The notes under the pieces are model-generated. The model did no database searches and was not told where the DNA came from. It saw only the letters and a list, made by a program, of their open reading frames with translations. The translations under genes were made by a program, and so were the position numbers. Shown here piece by piece: positions 1-9,231 of a stretch of 64,000 bases of DNA; position 1 is the stretch's first letter, and the number at the start of each line of letters is the position of its first letter. Origin of the DNA: Candidatus Parcubacteria bacterium (GTDB lineage Bacteria; Patescibacteriota; Minisyncoccia; Sungbacterales; SURF-37); contig QZJO01000011.1 of assembly GCA_003599755.1 (NCBI GenBank), positions 66,424 through 130,423 on the forward strand, given 5' to 3'.

Positions 1-452
1 AGCAGATAAGCGGCCATGCGCGGCAGAAAATCGAAGCTGCGAAATTGGCTCTCCGCGATGAAGGCGGCGGCGTTAGCGCTCCCTGTTACTTCCCGCGATG
101 CGCGCTCTACGTCGAATTCATGGAGCGGGCTGCGGATATCGAATTTCTTGACAAGGGAAAGCGTGAATCCGTCGAGCGTGGCAAGCACCAGCACATTGCC
201 GTTCCAGGCGTAGCCGAATGGCGATCCGTTCGGCCGGCGCTTTGCCACCCCATTGCGAGGAGCGACATTGACGAGAATTACCCCCTCGTTACCGTCAAGC
301 GCATCAATGGCGTCGATGAGGTTGCCGCTTGCTTCGAGGTCACTGTCCACGCCGATGCACGAGATCGGACTTTGCAATAATGCCGAAGCCCGAATGCTCT
401 GGCGCCCCAAAGCATTCGGATCACGGCAATCATTGATGATGGTGACAGTCAT
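1..452 (-). CDS. Conserved hypothetical protein, possibly SAM hydroxide adenosyltransferase (DUF62)-like; runs off the window edge
   Basis: Not in the ORF track. Manual translation from ATG at 452 gives MTVTIINDCRDPNALGRQ...LEASGNLIDAIDAL...VILVNVAPRNG...NGSPFGY...SQFRSFDFLP, open to base 1. Family resemblance is from recalled motifs. Confidence 0.6.
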   Translation of the reverse strand, partial: MTVTIINDCRDPNALGRQSIRASALLQSPISCIGVDSDLEASGNLIDAIDALDGNEGVILVNVAPRNGVAKRRPNGSPFGYAWNGNVLVLATLDGFTLSLVKKFDIRSPLHEFDVERASREVTGSANAAAFIAESQFRSFDFLPRMAAYL

Positions 453-692
453 GGCGAGTGAATAGAAAACGGCCCCGGAAAGGGCCGCCTGGCGTCCGCT
501 TTGGCGAGCGCACTTAAACGGCCCGCACAGAAGCGGCGCGCATCATACGCATCATGCCGTATTTTAGGATCGAGCCGGGCATATGAGAACCGTAACGCAT
601 GCATGCGACCATGGCAACCCAGTCGGCCCGAACTAAATAAACAGGACCCGATGTCTTTTCGGGTCCTGTGGGACGGCGTCTGGCGGCGATCG

Positions 693-866
693 TTATTTTC
701 GAGCGGGCGTCTGGCCCTCGGCGATCTTGAGCCGTCGGCGGGCAGTCTCTGTGTCCGGGGAGCGAGCGATGATTTCTGCGATGCGGATCAGATCCGCCGG
801 ATCCCGTTTCCCGCCTTCGTAGTAGCGGTTGGTCGCTACGAGCAGCTCTTGCTCTTCCTTATCCAT
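693..866 (-). CDS. Small hypothetical protein (MDKEEQELL...)
   Basis: GAGGAGG Shine-Dalgarno just upstream of the internal ATG at 866; overlaps the stop of the upstream ORF. Confidence 0.5.
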   Translation of the reverse strand: MDKEEQELLVATNRYYEGGKRDPADLIRIAEIIARSPDTETARRRLKIAEGQTPARK

Positions 867-1056
867 ACACCGCCTCCTCTGCGCCGTCGCCGCTACACGT
901 GGTGCAGCGGTAACGCTTTTGTACGACGACTTTTTTGCCATTCCAGTCGGAGCGATCGGGCAGGCGCCGCAGAGGTCCGCCGCAGGTTTGGCAGGCAAAC
1001 GTCGTAACGGGTTCGGCTATCGCGTCTACTGCCTCGGTTGGTGCTGGCGCGGACAT
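859..1056 (-). CDS. Small zinc-ribbon-like protein
   Basis: CQTC...CTTC pairs in the C-terminal part of ORF 859..1203; start re-assigned to MSAPAPT. Confidence 0.45.
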   Translation of the reverse strand: MSAPAPTEAVDAIAEPVTTFACQTCGGPLRRLPDRSDWNGKKVVVQKRYRCTTCSGDGAEEAVYG

Positions 1057-1199
1057 CCTTCCGTTTGGCAGACCTTCTTCTCTTTCTGGCCGCTCGCCGT
1101 CGCCACGAACATCCCTCTCCTGATCCGCACGAGCGTCAGTGGGTTGGAACAGCTGGGGCATGTGGCTTCCGTCGGGGGATTGCCATTGTTCCATGTCAT
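1026..1199 (-). CDS. Small zinc-ribbon-like protein
   Basis: AAAGGAG upstream of MTWNNGN; CPSC...CQTEGC motifs. Confidence 0.5.
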   Translation of the reverse strand: MTWNNGNPPTEATCPSCSNPLTLVRIRRGMFVATASGQKEKKVCQTEGCPRQHQPRQ

Positions 1200-1491
1200 G
1201 CACCGCTCCTTTCGCCCTCTTGAGTTGTACGCCGCGCAGTTAAACGAAATCCGACCTTTCGGTCGGTTCTGGCACGCACTATCTGCGATCTTGCGATTAC
1301 GCGCCATCAGCCGACCGGGAGGTCGGTAAAGGAGGCGAAATAAAAGCGGTGATCGAAGCGTGATTGCATGCAGTATTGGTATAGCGTGCATTCCGGTTTT
1401 CTGTCAATTCAAGTTGGGGAAAAGTAGTTCGACCCCGCAGGCACGTGCCTGCGGGGTCGCATTCGGAATGGAAAGGGCGCTTGCCCTGCTT

Positions 1492-1836
1492 CTAGACCGA
1501 AATTGTCGTCGACACTGCGGCCGCATCCGGGTAGCGCGCGCGGAGCGTCGCGATATCCATCTTCTCGATGCTGCCGTTCGCGACGAGGCCGTCGAAGACC
1601 GACTGCGGCAGGCCGTCATGGCGGCGGAACGCTTCGGTGACGCTGAACGTGTTCAGAATCACCGCGTCAGCGCGGAAGCGCACGATCCCTTTCTGGTCCT
1701 CGGGCAGGCGCCGCAGCAGCGCATGGGATGCGTAGAGCTTGATGAGCTCCTCGGGGTCCTTCTTGGCCGGGGCGAGCGACGACCAGTTCCCTTCTTGTAG
1801 GACGGCCAGAATGTATCGAAAGCCGTTTTCCTGCAT
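1492..1836 (-). CDS. Hypothetical protein
   Basis: AGAGGAG SD upstream; 114 aa with globular-protein composition. Confidence 0.6.
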   Translation of the reverse strand: MQENGFRYILAVLQEGNWSSLAPAKKDPEELIKLYASHALLRRLPEDQKGIVRFRADAVILNTFSVTEAFRRHDGLPQSVFDGLVANGSIEKMDIATLRARYPDAAAVSTTISV

Positions 1837-1869
1837 CCGGGGTCTCCTCTTTTTGGAGATTGGCGCTGG

Positions 1870-2340
1870 TTATAGCCAGAGGCCGATGGGCTCGTGGATC
1901 CGCCTCTTCCGGATCCGGGTCGCGGCGGGTTTCGGCGACGCTTGCTTCGGGTTATCGTCGGGCGGATCGAACACGTCGAGCGGCTGCAGGAGGCAGTCGG
2001 CGAGCGTCACCCGTTGTCCGGCGATCGTCGGGTAGTTCTCGAAGACTACGGCGGTCTGTGAGCAGGGCGTGGAATCGTATCCTCGGCGTGCCGTCCACGT
2101 GACCAGCTCGGTTCGCCAGCGGAAGTTGGGAAACCGTAGCTGGATGGCGCGGTAGATCGGCTCGTTCCTGGGGAAAAGTCCTTCCGTCGCTTCGACCGGA
2201 GCTCCGCGAACGATGCCCGTGCGCAGGAGATTCTTACTCCAGCGCTCGCCGGACGGCTTGACGCCGCCGGGCTGATACCCATGCTGCACGCGAACTGCCT
2301 GCAAGCGTTGAAATGCCAGCGACGCATCCTCTCGCCTCAT
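1870..2340 (-). CDS. Hypothetical protein
   Basis: AAGGAGGAG SD directly before ATG at 2340 (MRREDASL). Confidence 0.55.
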   Translation of the reverse strand: MRREDASLAFQRLQAVRVQHGYQPGGVKPSGERWSKNLLRTGIVRGAPVEATEGLFPRNEPIYRAIQLRFPNFRWRTELVTWTARRGYDSTPCSQTAVVFENYPTIAGQRVTLADCLLQPLDVFDPPDDNPKQASPKPAATRIRKRRIHEPIGLWL

Positions 2341-2763
2341 AGCTCCTCCTTGTGGTCCGTGCTGGGTACGTTTGTTGCCGGATGCGCGACCAGACCATCG
2401 CGCACCGTCTCGGAAAGAACGTTCAAGGTCTGGGCGTAGCAGGCGAGCCATGGATCATCCGCTGCGCTCAGATCTCGAGTATGAAAGAGCCGGCCTCTTT
2501 GCGAGGCCGGCTCGGTTTGCAGGTTCAGCGTTCGTTACGCGCGCAAACGGCGATCGGCCCCTTCGGGAAAGAGGATAAACAGGCAGCCAATAAGCATCCA
2601 ATAGGCCGATTGCGGGCGCGATTGCATATCGGTTGTAGCGTAGCTCATGCCGAAGCTAGCGTCAAGAAATTATCCCCACACCCGCAAAGGAGCGGCGATA
2701 TATTGACATTTATCATCTTTTAGTGTATGTATAAATGTAGAAACGCCAGCAAGGAGGCCCCGG

Positions 2764-3093
2764 ATGAAGAAGGTGTGGCTGGTCGCCGCGGTTCTCGGGT
2801 GCGCTTCCCTATTCATGCTCATTCTGCTGCAGCTCTCGGTTCAGCCGGCCGCTGCCTACAGTCGATCGTTCGGCAGCGGGAGTTCCAGCTTCCGCGCCGA
2901 GTTCTCGGTGCGTAGCGGCGGCGGAGGTTCGTTCGGGCGGTCGTACGGGTACGGACGGACGTACGGCTATGACCGGCGGCATGGTTTTGCGCCGAACTGC
3001 CGGCCGTACTGGGTCCAGAGCTCGCTGTTCTTCAGCAACACGTTCGGCGTGTGGGTGTATCAACCCGGCAAGTGGGTGTTCATATGCCGGTGA
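2764..3093 (+). CDS. Small secreted Gly/Ser/Tyr-rich hypothetical protein
   Basis: AAGGAGG SD; signal peptide MKKVWLVAAVLG...AAA; TTGACA in the AT-rich upstream region at 2703. Confidence 0.6.
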   Translation: MKKVWLVAAVLGCASLFMLILLQLSVQPAAAYSRSFGSGSSSFRAEFSVRSGGGGSFGRSYGYGRTYGYDRRHGFAPNCRPYWVQSSLFFSNTFGVWVYQPGKWVFICR

Positions 3094-3208
3094 TGCGGGC
3101 AGTGCGTCCGCCGCCGAAGCGCCTCGCATAGCATGTGCGAGGCGCTTTTCTTACTTATTAAAAAGTTCTCACCCGCGACCCCGAGGTCGCGGGTGATGTC
3201 TTGGCGGA

Positions 3209-3460
3209 TTATTTCCGAGGATGGGGCGAAAGAAAGATCCGGTACAGCAGGGTACCGACGATTGCGCCGCCGACGACGGTGATGAACGTCGCCGCACTCC
3301 GCAGCTCGAATCCGATGAGGTACCCGATCGAGCCGAATATCACCCCTACGATGACGCCGAATACGATGAGTGAGAGCAGCGGCTCGTTGGGCCAGGTGAT
3401 CAGCTTCATGAGGAACCCGATGACCGCCCCGAAGACGATCCATAGCAGCACGTCAACCAT
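3209..3460 (-). CDS. GlsB/YeaQ/YmgE-like small membrane protein
   Basis: 83 aa, three hydrophobic helices, 'WIVFGAVIGFL' start and 'VVGGAIV' end typical of the family; GGAGGG SD. Confidence 0.6.
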   Translation of the reverse strand: MVDVLLWIVFGAVIGFLMKLITWPNEPLLSLIVFGVIVGVIFGSIGYLIGFELRSAATFITVVGGAIVGTLLYRIFLSPHPRK

Positions 3461-3512
3461 CGCTCACCCCCTCCGGGCATGTGGAGAACTGACGAATTCT
3501 ATTATGCAATTT

Positions 3513-4037
3513 TTACACCTGTGTGTAAAGGAAAACGGTCCCTTCTGTTTTTAATGGCTGCCAATGCGGGAACGGAAATGCGTTGGAAACGACCCGGCTG
3601 CCCGGCTTCAATTCTCTTCGCAGTTTCACCTCGAGATCCGGCATGATGGACGGCAGCCCGTAGACCGTGACGATATCGAACGGCGCGAATGACTGATGCC
3701 AGAAATTGCTTCGGTTGACGGTCGCCCGATTGCCGAGCCCTGCGAGCCGAATGCGCAGGCGCGCGAACCAAACCAAGAGCGGGTTTATTTCAAAGCCGGT
3801 TGCGATCGCACCCGCGCGAGCAAGCGCGATCACGATCCTGCCGTCCCCTGCTCCGATGTCCGCAGCGCGTTGGCCCGGCCGGATATCAGCGAGCGCCACC
3901 ATGCAGCGGATGCGGGCGCGGCTGGACGGCACGAATGGCGCGCCGCGCGCAAACCAGAACAGCGGCACTGCTGCGGCGATCGCCAATGCCACGGCAACCA
4001 ACGTGCCGGCGTATATTGCCAAGACAAGAATCGGCAT
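3513..4037 (-). CDS. Membrane-anchored class I SAM-dependent methyltransferase (FAM173-like)
   Basis: N-terminal TM, GAPFVPS, DIGAGDGRI motif I, GFEINP, ELKPGSRVVSNAF. Confidence 0.85.
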   Translation of the reverse strand: MPILVLAIYAGTLVAVALAIAAAVPLFWFARGAPFVPSSRARIRCMVALADIRPGQRAADIGAGDGRIVIALARAGAIATGFEINPLLVWFARLRIRLAGLGNRATVNRSNFWHQSFAPFDIVTVYGLPSIMPDLEVKLRRELKPGSRVVSNAFPFPHWQPLKTEGTVFLYTQV

Positions 4038-4062
4038 GGCCGCATGATAGCAGCGTGTGCCC

Positions 4063-4106
4063 CAAAGAAGAACCGTCCCGATGTACATCGGGACGGTTCT
4101 TCTTTG
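4063..4106. terminator. Perfect 44-bp palindrome, probable intrinsic terminator
   Basis: CAAAGAAGAACCGTCCCGATGT|ACATCGGGACGGTTCTTCTTTG, just downstream of 4118..4318. Confidence 0.6.
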
Positions 4107-4117
4107 CGTTGCTGCAT

Positions 4118-4318
4118 TTAGGCCGCCGGCTGCAGATTCTGCTCGATCTGCGCGTGGGCATCCGTGAGCGTGAGCGTCATGTTCGGATGCTTGTCGGCTA
4201 CGTGCTTGTCGAGCGCGGCCTGGTCCATCGTTCCCTTCAGCTTCGCTACTGCTTCATCGCGGCTTTCCGCCTCTACGGACATCACGTCGCCGCAGGAGCA
4301 GGTCATGGAATAAGTCAT
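4118..4318 (-). CDS. DUF1059-like small metal-binding protein
   Basis: CSCG N-terminus, AESRDEAV, HxxxxH (KHVADKH). Confidence 0.6.
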   Translation of the reverse strand: MTYSMTCSCGDVMSVEAESRDEAVAKLKGTMDQAALDKHVADKHPNMTLTLTDAHAQIEQNLQPAA

Positions 4319-4500
4319 GGGAATAGGTTCGCGAATTAAATGCCCGACCTTTTGAGTATTCGCGGCTCATTCAATACTGCCACGGAATCGTGGCGTGCGT
4401 ACAGGAATGCTGACGGTTGCGGGGCATTATCTTTTCGCGTAGTGTGGATTCCAACTTCTCGTATCTCAGGCGCAGTGCACTCACCAGGAGGAGAGAGCGG

Positions 4501-6072
4501 ATGATGGAACAGGATGCGCATGTGCAGGCCCCGGCTCGAGATGCGTTCTTTGATTGTATACGGGCGGAGCGCTTGGCGCTCACGTTCGACGACGTGCGGA
4601 TCAAGCAGGGCTGGGCGTGCGTTCCGTCCGAGGGCGATGTCATGCTCGACACGTGGTTCTCGCGGCGTGTGCCGCTGAAGAGTAACGTCATCGTCACCGC
4701 CGCAATGGATACGGTGACTGAGTCCGAGATGGCCATTGCCATGGCCAAGATCGGCGGGCTCGGTATCGTCTGGGCCATGGAAGCGGAGCGCCAGGCCGAC
4801 GAAGTTCGACGCGTGAAGTACCTGCTACAGGGCCGGCTGGACAACCCTCGTACGGTCATGCCGACGGAAACGCTCGAAGAGGTGCTCAATCGCTGTAGGC
4901 GGCGCAAAAAGCCCTGGAAGTTCCGGAGCTTTCCAGTCGTCGATGCGGAGAGCCGGCTCATCGGGCTCATCACCAAGGCACACTTCGATTTCCGGCAGAA
5001 TTGGTCCAAGCGCGTCGCCGAAGTCATGATCCCCGCCAAGGAGGTGATGGTCGCTGCGGCCGACGTCGATGGCGACACTGCCTACGAGATGATGATCCGC
5101 GAGCAGAAGAAATTTCTGCCGCTGCTGGACCGCCAGACCGGGCGGCTCGTCGGCATGTACACGCACAAGGATCTCGACGGCCTTCGATCCGAGCGCTGGC
5201 GGGCGTTCAATCTCGATGAACAAGGCCGCCTGCGCGTCGGCGCTGCCATCGGCTTGAAGGAGGACGCGCACAAGCGGATGGAGCTGCTTCACGGCTATGT
5301 GGACGTCGTAGTCGTGGATCAGATGAACGGCGCCACGTCGCTCGTCGAGGAGACGGTGCGCGAGTTGAAACTCGCCTACCCGGACGTGGATATCGTGGCC
5401 GGCAACGTAGTGCGCGGCATCCATGCCCAGCGACTCATGGATACCGGAGCTGACGGCATCAAGGTCGGCCTCGGCGGCGGCTCAATCTGCAACACGCGGG
5501 ATAAATCTGGAGCCGGCACGCCTCAGGTCTCGGCAATCGAGGATGTCGCGCGGGCCTTGCGCGGGTCTGGCGTGCCGATCATCTCTGACGGCGCCATGGT
5601 CGAATCCGGCGACGTGGCGATTGCCCTGGCCGCCGGGGCTGACTGCGTGATGTCGGGGCATATCCCGGCTGCCACGGATGAGACGCCGGGCAAGCGATGG
5701 CGGATCCGGGGCGTTCCGGTGAAAGTTTACCGCGGCATGGGTTCGAAGGAGGCCATGCGGGATAACGCCGGCAAGCGCCTGGGAGGCGTGCGCGGATATC
5801 GCATTCCGCAAGGCGTGAGTACGGTTATGATCTCTAAAGGACCGGTCGCCGACGTCATGAAGGAGGTGCTCGCCGGCGTGCGCCTGGGCATCTGGATCGC
5901 GGGCGGGCGCACTATCCCCGAGTTCCATCGGTGCGTGGACTTCGACCGCATAACCGCTGCCGGCAGGCGCGAGTCGCACCCGCACAACATCGTCGCAGTT
6001 TCGGGCGACGATGTGCATCGCCTGCTCCGGGCGTCTGACGGCGATCTTTCAACACTGCTTCGGGCCGTGTAG
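4501..6072 (+). CDS. guaB: IMP dehydrogenase / GMP reductase family protein with tandem CBS domains (divergent GuaB)
   Basis: LTFDDV, AAMDTVTE, GGLGIV, CBS pair, GRLRVGAAIG, AGNV, GGGSICNTR (catalytic Cys), YRGMGS, RESHPH; AGGAGG SD. Confidence 0.85.
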   Translation: MMEQDAHVQAPARDAFFDCIRAERLALTFDDVRIKQGWACVPSEGDVMLDTWFSRRVPLKSNVIVTAAMDTVTESEMAIAMAKIGGLGIVWAMEAERQADEVRRVKYLLQGRLDNPRTVMPTETLEEVLNRCRRRKKPWKFRSFPVVDAESRLIGLITKAHFDFRQNWSKRVAEVMIPAKEVMVAAADVDGDTAYEMMIREQKKFLPLLDRQTGRLVGMYTHKDLDGLRSERWRAFNLDEQGRLRVGAAIGLKEDAHKRMELLHGYVDVVVVDQMNGATSLVEETVRELKLAYPDVDIVAGNVVRGIHAQRLMDTGADGIKVGLGGGSICNTRDKSGAGTPQVSAIEDVARALRGSGVPIISDGAMVESGDVAIALAAGADCVMSGHIPAATDETPGKRWRIRGVPVKVYRGMGSKEAMRDNAGKRLGGVRGYRIPQGVSTVMISKGPVADVMKEVLAGVRLGIWIAGGRTIPEFHRCVDFDRITAAGRRESHPHNIVAVSGDDVHRLLRASDGDLSTLLRAV

Positions 6073-6172
6073 CGGCGTCAGAATCGTACGAAGTAAACAA
6101 GCAGCCGAAAACCCGGCCGCGGACAGAGTCCGCGGCCGGTGTTCCTTTATATAGTATATGGTGTGGCGCTCG

Positions 6173-6700
6173 TTAGCGTGATCGGCCGCCGGTCCGGCGC
6201 CGCGATCCGGCGCGTCGGAGACGAATTAAGCGCGCGGTTGCTCCCCTGCCGGTCGGCACTTCGCTCGCTTCGGCCGCCACGGCGGCCTGGCGTTCGCGCT
6301 CAGCCGCGTCCAATTTTTCCGCAACGCGCTGGCGTAGATCCGCCAAGCTCCAGCGCGTGCGCATGGTCAATTCGAATACGCCCTGATCCACGGCTTGGAT
6401 GGCTTTGGGCGCCTCGTGCTCGGCATTGGCCAGCATCACGACTGGCGTCTGGCGCCCCCAGGCATCCTGGCGGAGCTTTTGCAGCATGGCAAAACCCTCC
6501 ATGCGCGCCATGAGCGGATCGAGGATGATAAGATCCGGCCGTTCGCGCTGGGCGCTTGCCAGCCCTTCGCCGCCGGTCCGGGCGCCGAAGACGCGGTAGC
6601 CCGCACCCGCGAATTCCTCCAATAAAATGCGGAGGAGCGACGGCTCGTCCTCCACCACAAGAATTTTTTGCTGAACCCGGGTTGGTGTTGCTACTTCCAT
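6173..6700 (-). CDS. Single-domain response regulator (receiver) with C-terminal extension
   Basis: KILVVEDE, PDLIILD (phosphoacceptor), TPVVML; later conserved positions are degenerate. Confidence 0.75.
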   Translation of the reverse strand: MEVATPTRVQQKILVVEDEPSLLRILLEEFAGAGYRVFGARTGGEGLASAQRERPDLIILDPLMARMEGFAMLQKLRQDAWGRQTPVVMLANAEHEAPKAIQAVDQGVFELTMRTRWSLADLRQRVAEKLDAAERERQAAVAAEASEVPTGRGATARLIRLRRAGSRRRTGGRSR

Positions 6701-6915
6701 AGGTAATGCCCTGTAAGAATGACGCCCAAAGCGGTCGCGTCTTTCGCCGATACATATTCGGCAGTACAACGCCATAGATTATGAACGGCCTCCCCGTTTC
6801 GCATGCCGCTCTTTCAACCCCAGGGGGCCGGCGTCTTCGCCGTTGTAGTATCGGGCATACGCGAACCGAGGCCCGCGGATGCGGGCCTCGGTCTCGATTC
6901 GCTATTCGGTTGGAT

Positions 6916-8664
6916 TTAGAGCCTGATCGCCTGGTAATCGTCGAACTCGACGTCCATGAAGTCGGTGCGGATGCCGGCGTAGGCGCCTTGAGTGAACGCG
7001 CCGCCGCCGAATTGCCCGGTATCCGTGGTGTCTAAGACGAGCGTCCAGTTGCCCGTTCGCCCCACGTCGGTCCAGAGTTTCAGGTTTACGCCAGAACCGG
7101 CGTTGACCGTTTCCAGGCGCATGCCGACCCACGTGTTTTTGGGTAGGAGGTTCGGATTGGATGCGGCGTTATACGATCCGGTGAAGATTTTTTTCGACGC
7201 CATCGTGAAGTACCGGCTGCCGATTTTCTTTTTGAAGACCGCCGCCCCGTCTACGCGGAGTCCGGCGTAGTACAAGTTCTGCCCGTCGGCGTAGCGGCTG
7301 AAGAAGAGTACGCCGTTGGATGCGTTGCGGTTCGAACTCTGCGAGAGATTGTCGGCCGTGATGCGGAAGTACATCTCCTGGCGGGCGTTTTGGAACACCT
7401 GCTTGGTCAGAAGGCGGAAGATGTTTTGCGGGTGCAGGCCGTTATCGGTGTCATAGGCGTTTGCCGCCGCGTAGATTTTTTGCCATTTCGAGCCGAGCGG
7501 CAGGGCGCCTTGGATCGTTTTGCCGATGCCGTTGGCCACGGTCATGAGCGCGCCCGAGTTGACCCACCAATAGGGACTCGATGATTCGCCCATGGATCCG
7601 GTCTCTTCGATCGTCGCGTTGGTTGCCAGGCCATATCCGCTGCCTGATCCCGGACTGGCTGCCGGCGGCGGAGGCGTGGGCGTGGGTGCCGGAGCCGGCG
7701 CGGGTGCTGGCGCAAGTGCGGGCGTTGGCGTCGGCGCGGGGGCGGGTGCGGGAGCGGGGGCCGGCGCGGGCGGCGGCGTTTTGGCGAGCGTCGCGACCGC
7801 GGCGGGCGCCGCCGATTCAACGAGGAAGTCATCGAACGAGACATCCTGGAAATCGGACCAGATGCCCGACCGCCCCGTCTCATCGATGGCGCTCGAAATG
7901 TCGCGGGCCTTCAGGACTTCGCGCCATCGGCCGGTCTTGCCGTCATCTACGGAGAGCGTGAGGACGACCGCGCTGCCGTCGTTTCGCGCGTCGAGCTTTA
8001 CGCCGATCCAGCGATGCTCCGGAATCAGGTTCGCGTCGCCCTGCGCGCTGAACGTGCCCGGGAAGTGCTTCGCGTAGCCCAGGGTCTGGTAGGCGCCGTT
8101 CAGTTTCTTTTTGATCACCACGCCGCCGTCGGCTCGGATGCCGGCAACGTAGAATGTTTGGTCATCCTGGAAGCGGGACATCACGAAGATGCCGTTCCAA
8201 GGATTTCTGTTTTGGGGATTTGCAAGATTGGTCTTGTGGGAGCGGGCGTAGAAGGACGTGGCACCGTCTTGCCAGGCGTCGCGGGAAAGCAGGCGGAAGA
8301 TGTTTTGCGGATGCGTGCCGTTGTCGGAGAGGGCGGGATATACGGATGCGTAATGCTGATGCCAGGGATCGCGTGCGGGCATTTCGCCGGCAAGCGTTTT
8401 GCCGATGCCGTCGGCCATCACGAGACGGCCGCCGGATTCGAGCCACCAGTAGCGGCTTCGGGATTTCTCGGCGCTTTCAGCTTCTTCGAGCGTGCCGGCC
8501 CAGTTGAAGTTATACAGATAGGTCGACCCAGTCGTGGCTGCAGTGACGCTCGTCATGACGGCCGGGGCAGTCAACGCCGCGGAACCGATGAGCAGTGCTG
8601 CAACAGTACGGAACGGGATGCGCCGGAATTTGATATCCGGCGATCCCTCGGAATTCGCATTCAT
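6916..8664 (-). CDS. Secreted protein with two tandem concanavalin/DUF1080-like beta-sandwich domains joined by a Pro-Ala linker
   Basis: Signal-like N-terminus; two repeats with YWWxxSG, DNGxHPQNIFRLL, NRNxxNG, YxAGxRxDG..KKK, GIxxDFxDVxFDD. Confidence 0.75.
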   Translation of the reverse strand: MNANSEGSPDIKFRRIPFRTVAALLIGSAALTAPAVMTSVTAATTGSTYLYNFNWAGTLEEAESAEKSRSRYWWLESGGRLVMADGIGKTLAGEMPARDPWHQHYASVYPALSDNGTHPQNIFRLLSRDAWQDGATSFYARSHKTNLANPQNRNPWNGIFVMSRFQDDQTFYVAGIRADGGVVIKKKLNGAYQTLGYAKHFPGTFSAQGDANLIPEHRWIGVKLDARNDGSAVVLTLSVDDGKTGRWREVLKARDISSAIDETGRSGIWSDFQDVSFDDFLVESAAPAAVATLAKTPPPAPAPAPAPAPAPTPTPALAPAPAPAPAPTPTPPPPAASPGSGSGYGLATNATIEETGSMGESSSPYWWVNSGALMTVANGIGKTIQGALPLGSKWQKIYAAANAYDTDNGLHPQNIFRLLTKQVFQNARQEMYFRITADNLSQSSNRNASNGVLFFSRYADGQNLYYAGLRVDGAAVFKKKIGSRYFTMASKKIFTGSYNAASNPNLLPKNTWVGMRLETVNAGSGVNLKLWTDVGRTGNWTLVLDTTDTGQFGGGAFTQGAYAGIRTDFMDVEFDDYQAIRL

Positions 8665-9161
8665 GCGGGAATCCCGCGATGCAGTCCGGGGCGAGCATCC
8701 GCAGCCGTGCAGGCGATACGGTCTGGATACGGATGTCCGCTGACGGAGATGCGCGCGGGGCGAACTAACAGAAGTAACCAAGAGAACATGCGCCATCCTT
8801 CATCCCTGCGGATGCCTATTGCGGAGCAGCCGGGATGACGCGAGACGGGATGGCGGTTCAGTCCGTGGTGCGGAATAGATGCTTCGAGGAGCATGGTCGG
8901 TCCGCGCGAGGCGCTGCCGGAGGTACCACCGGTCGCGCTGATGCGCAGGAGTGCCGACGAAAACCGCGCCGCGGGCCAGCTCGATAATGCAATGCCAGCC
9001 ATTCGCGGAAACCTCGGGAGAAGAGTTCCCCTACGACCCTACGACGACAATCTCGACGGTTGTCGCGTACGGCCTCGGGGACTATACCTTCGGCCACGGT
9101 GTTCCGCCATACGAATGTGGAAAACCCCTCGGTTGACTCGGCCGCCGGTTCTCGGTTTAGC

Positions 9162-9197
9162 AAAACCCATTCCCGCTTTGCAGAGCGGGAATGGGTT
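9162..9197 (-). terminator. Intrinsic terminator after the deacetylase gene
   Basis: AACCCATTCCCGCT/AGCGGGAATGGGTT stem followed by a U-run on the minus strand. Confidence 0.6.
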
Positions 9198-9231
9198 CGA
9201 GATGCGTGCCGCGCCAGCCGTTTCGGGCGAT

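Noticed and set aside
7660-7790. CRISPR or DNA tandem repeat arrays (also 15720-15880, 29680-29820)
   Set aside because: They are coding Pro-Ala/Thr linkers with degenerate codons; no repeat-spacer structure or cas genes are present.
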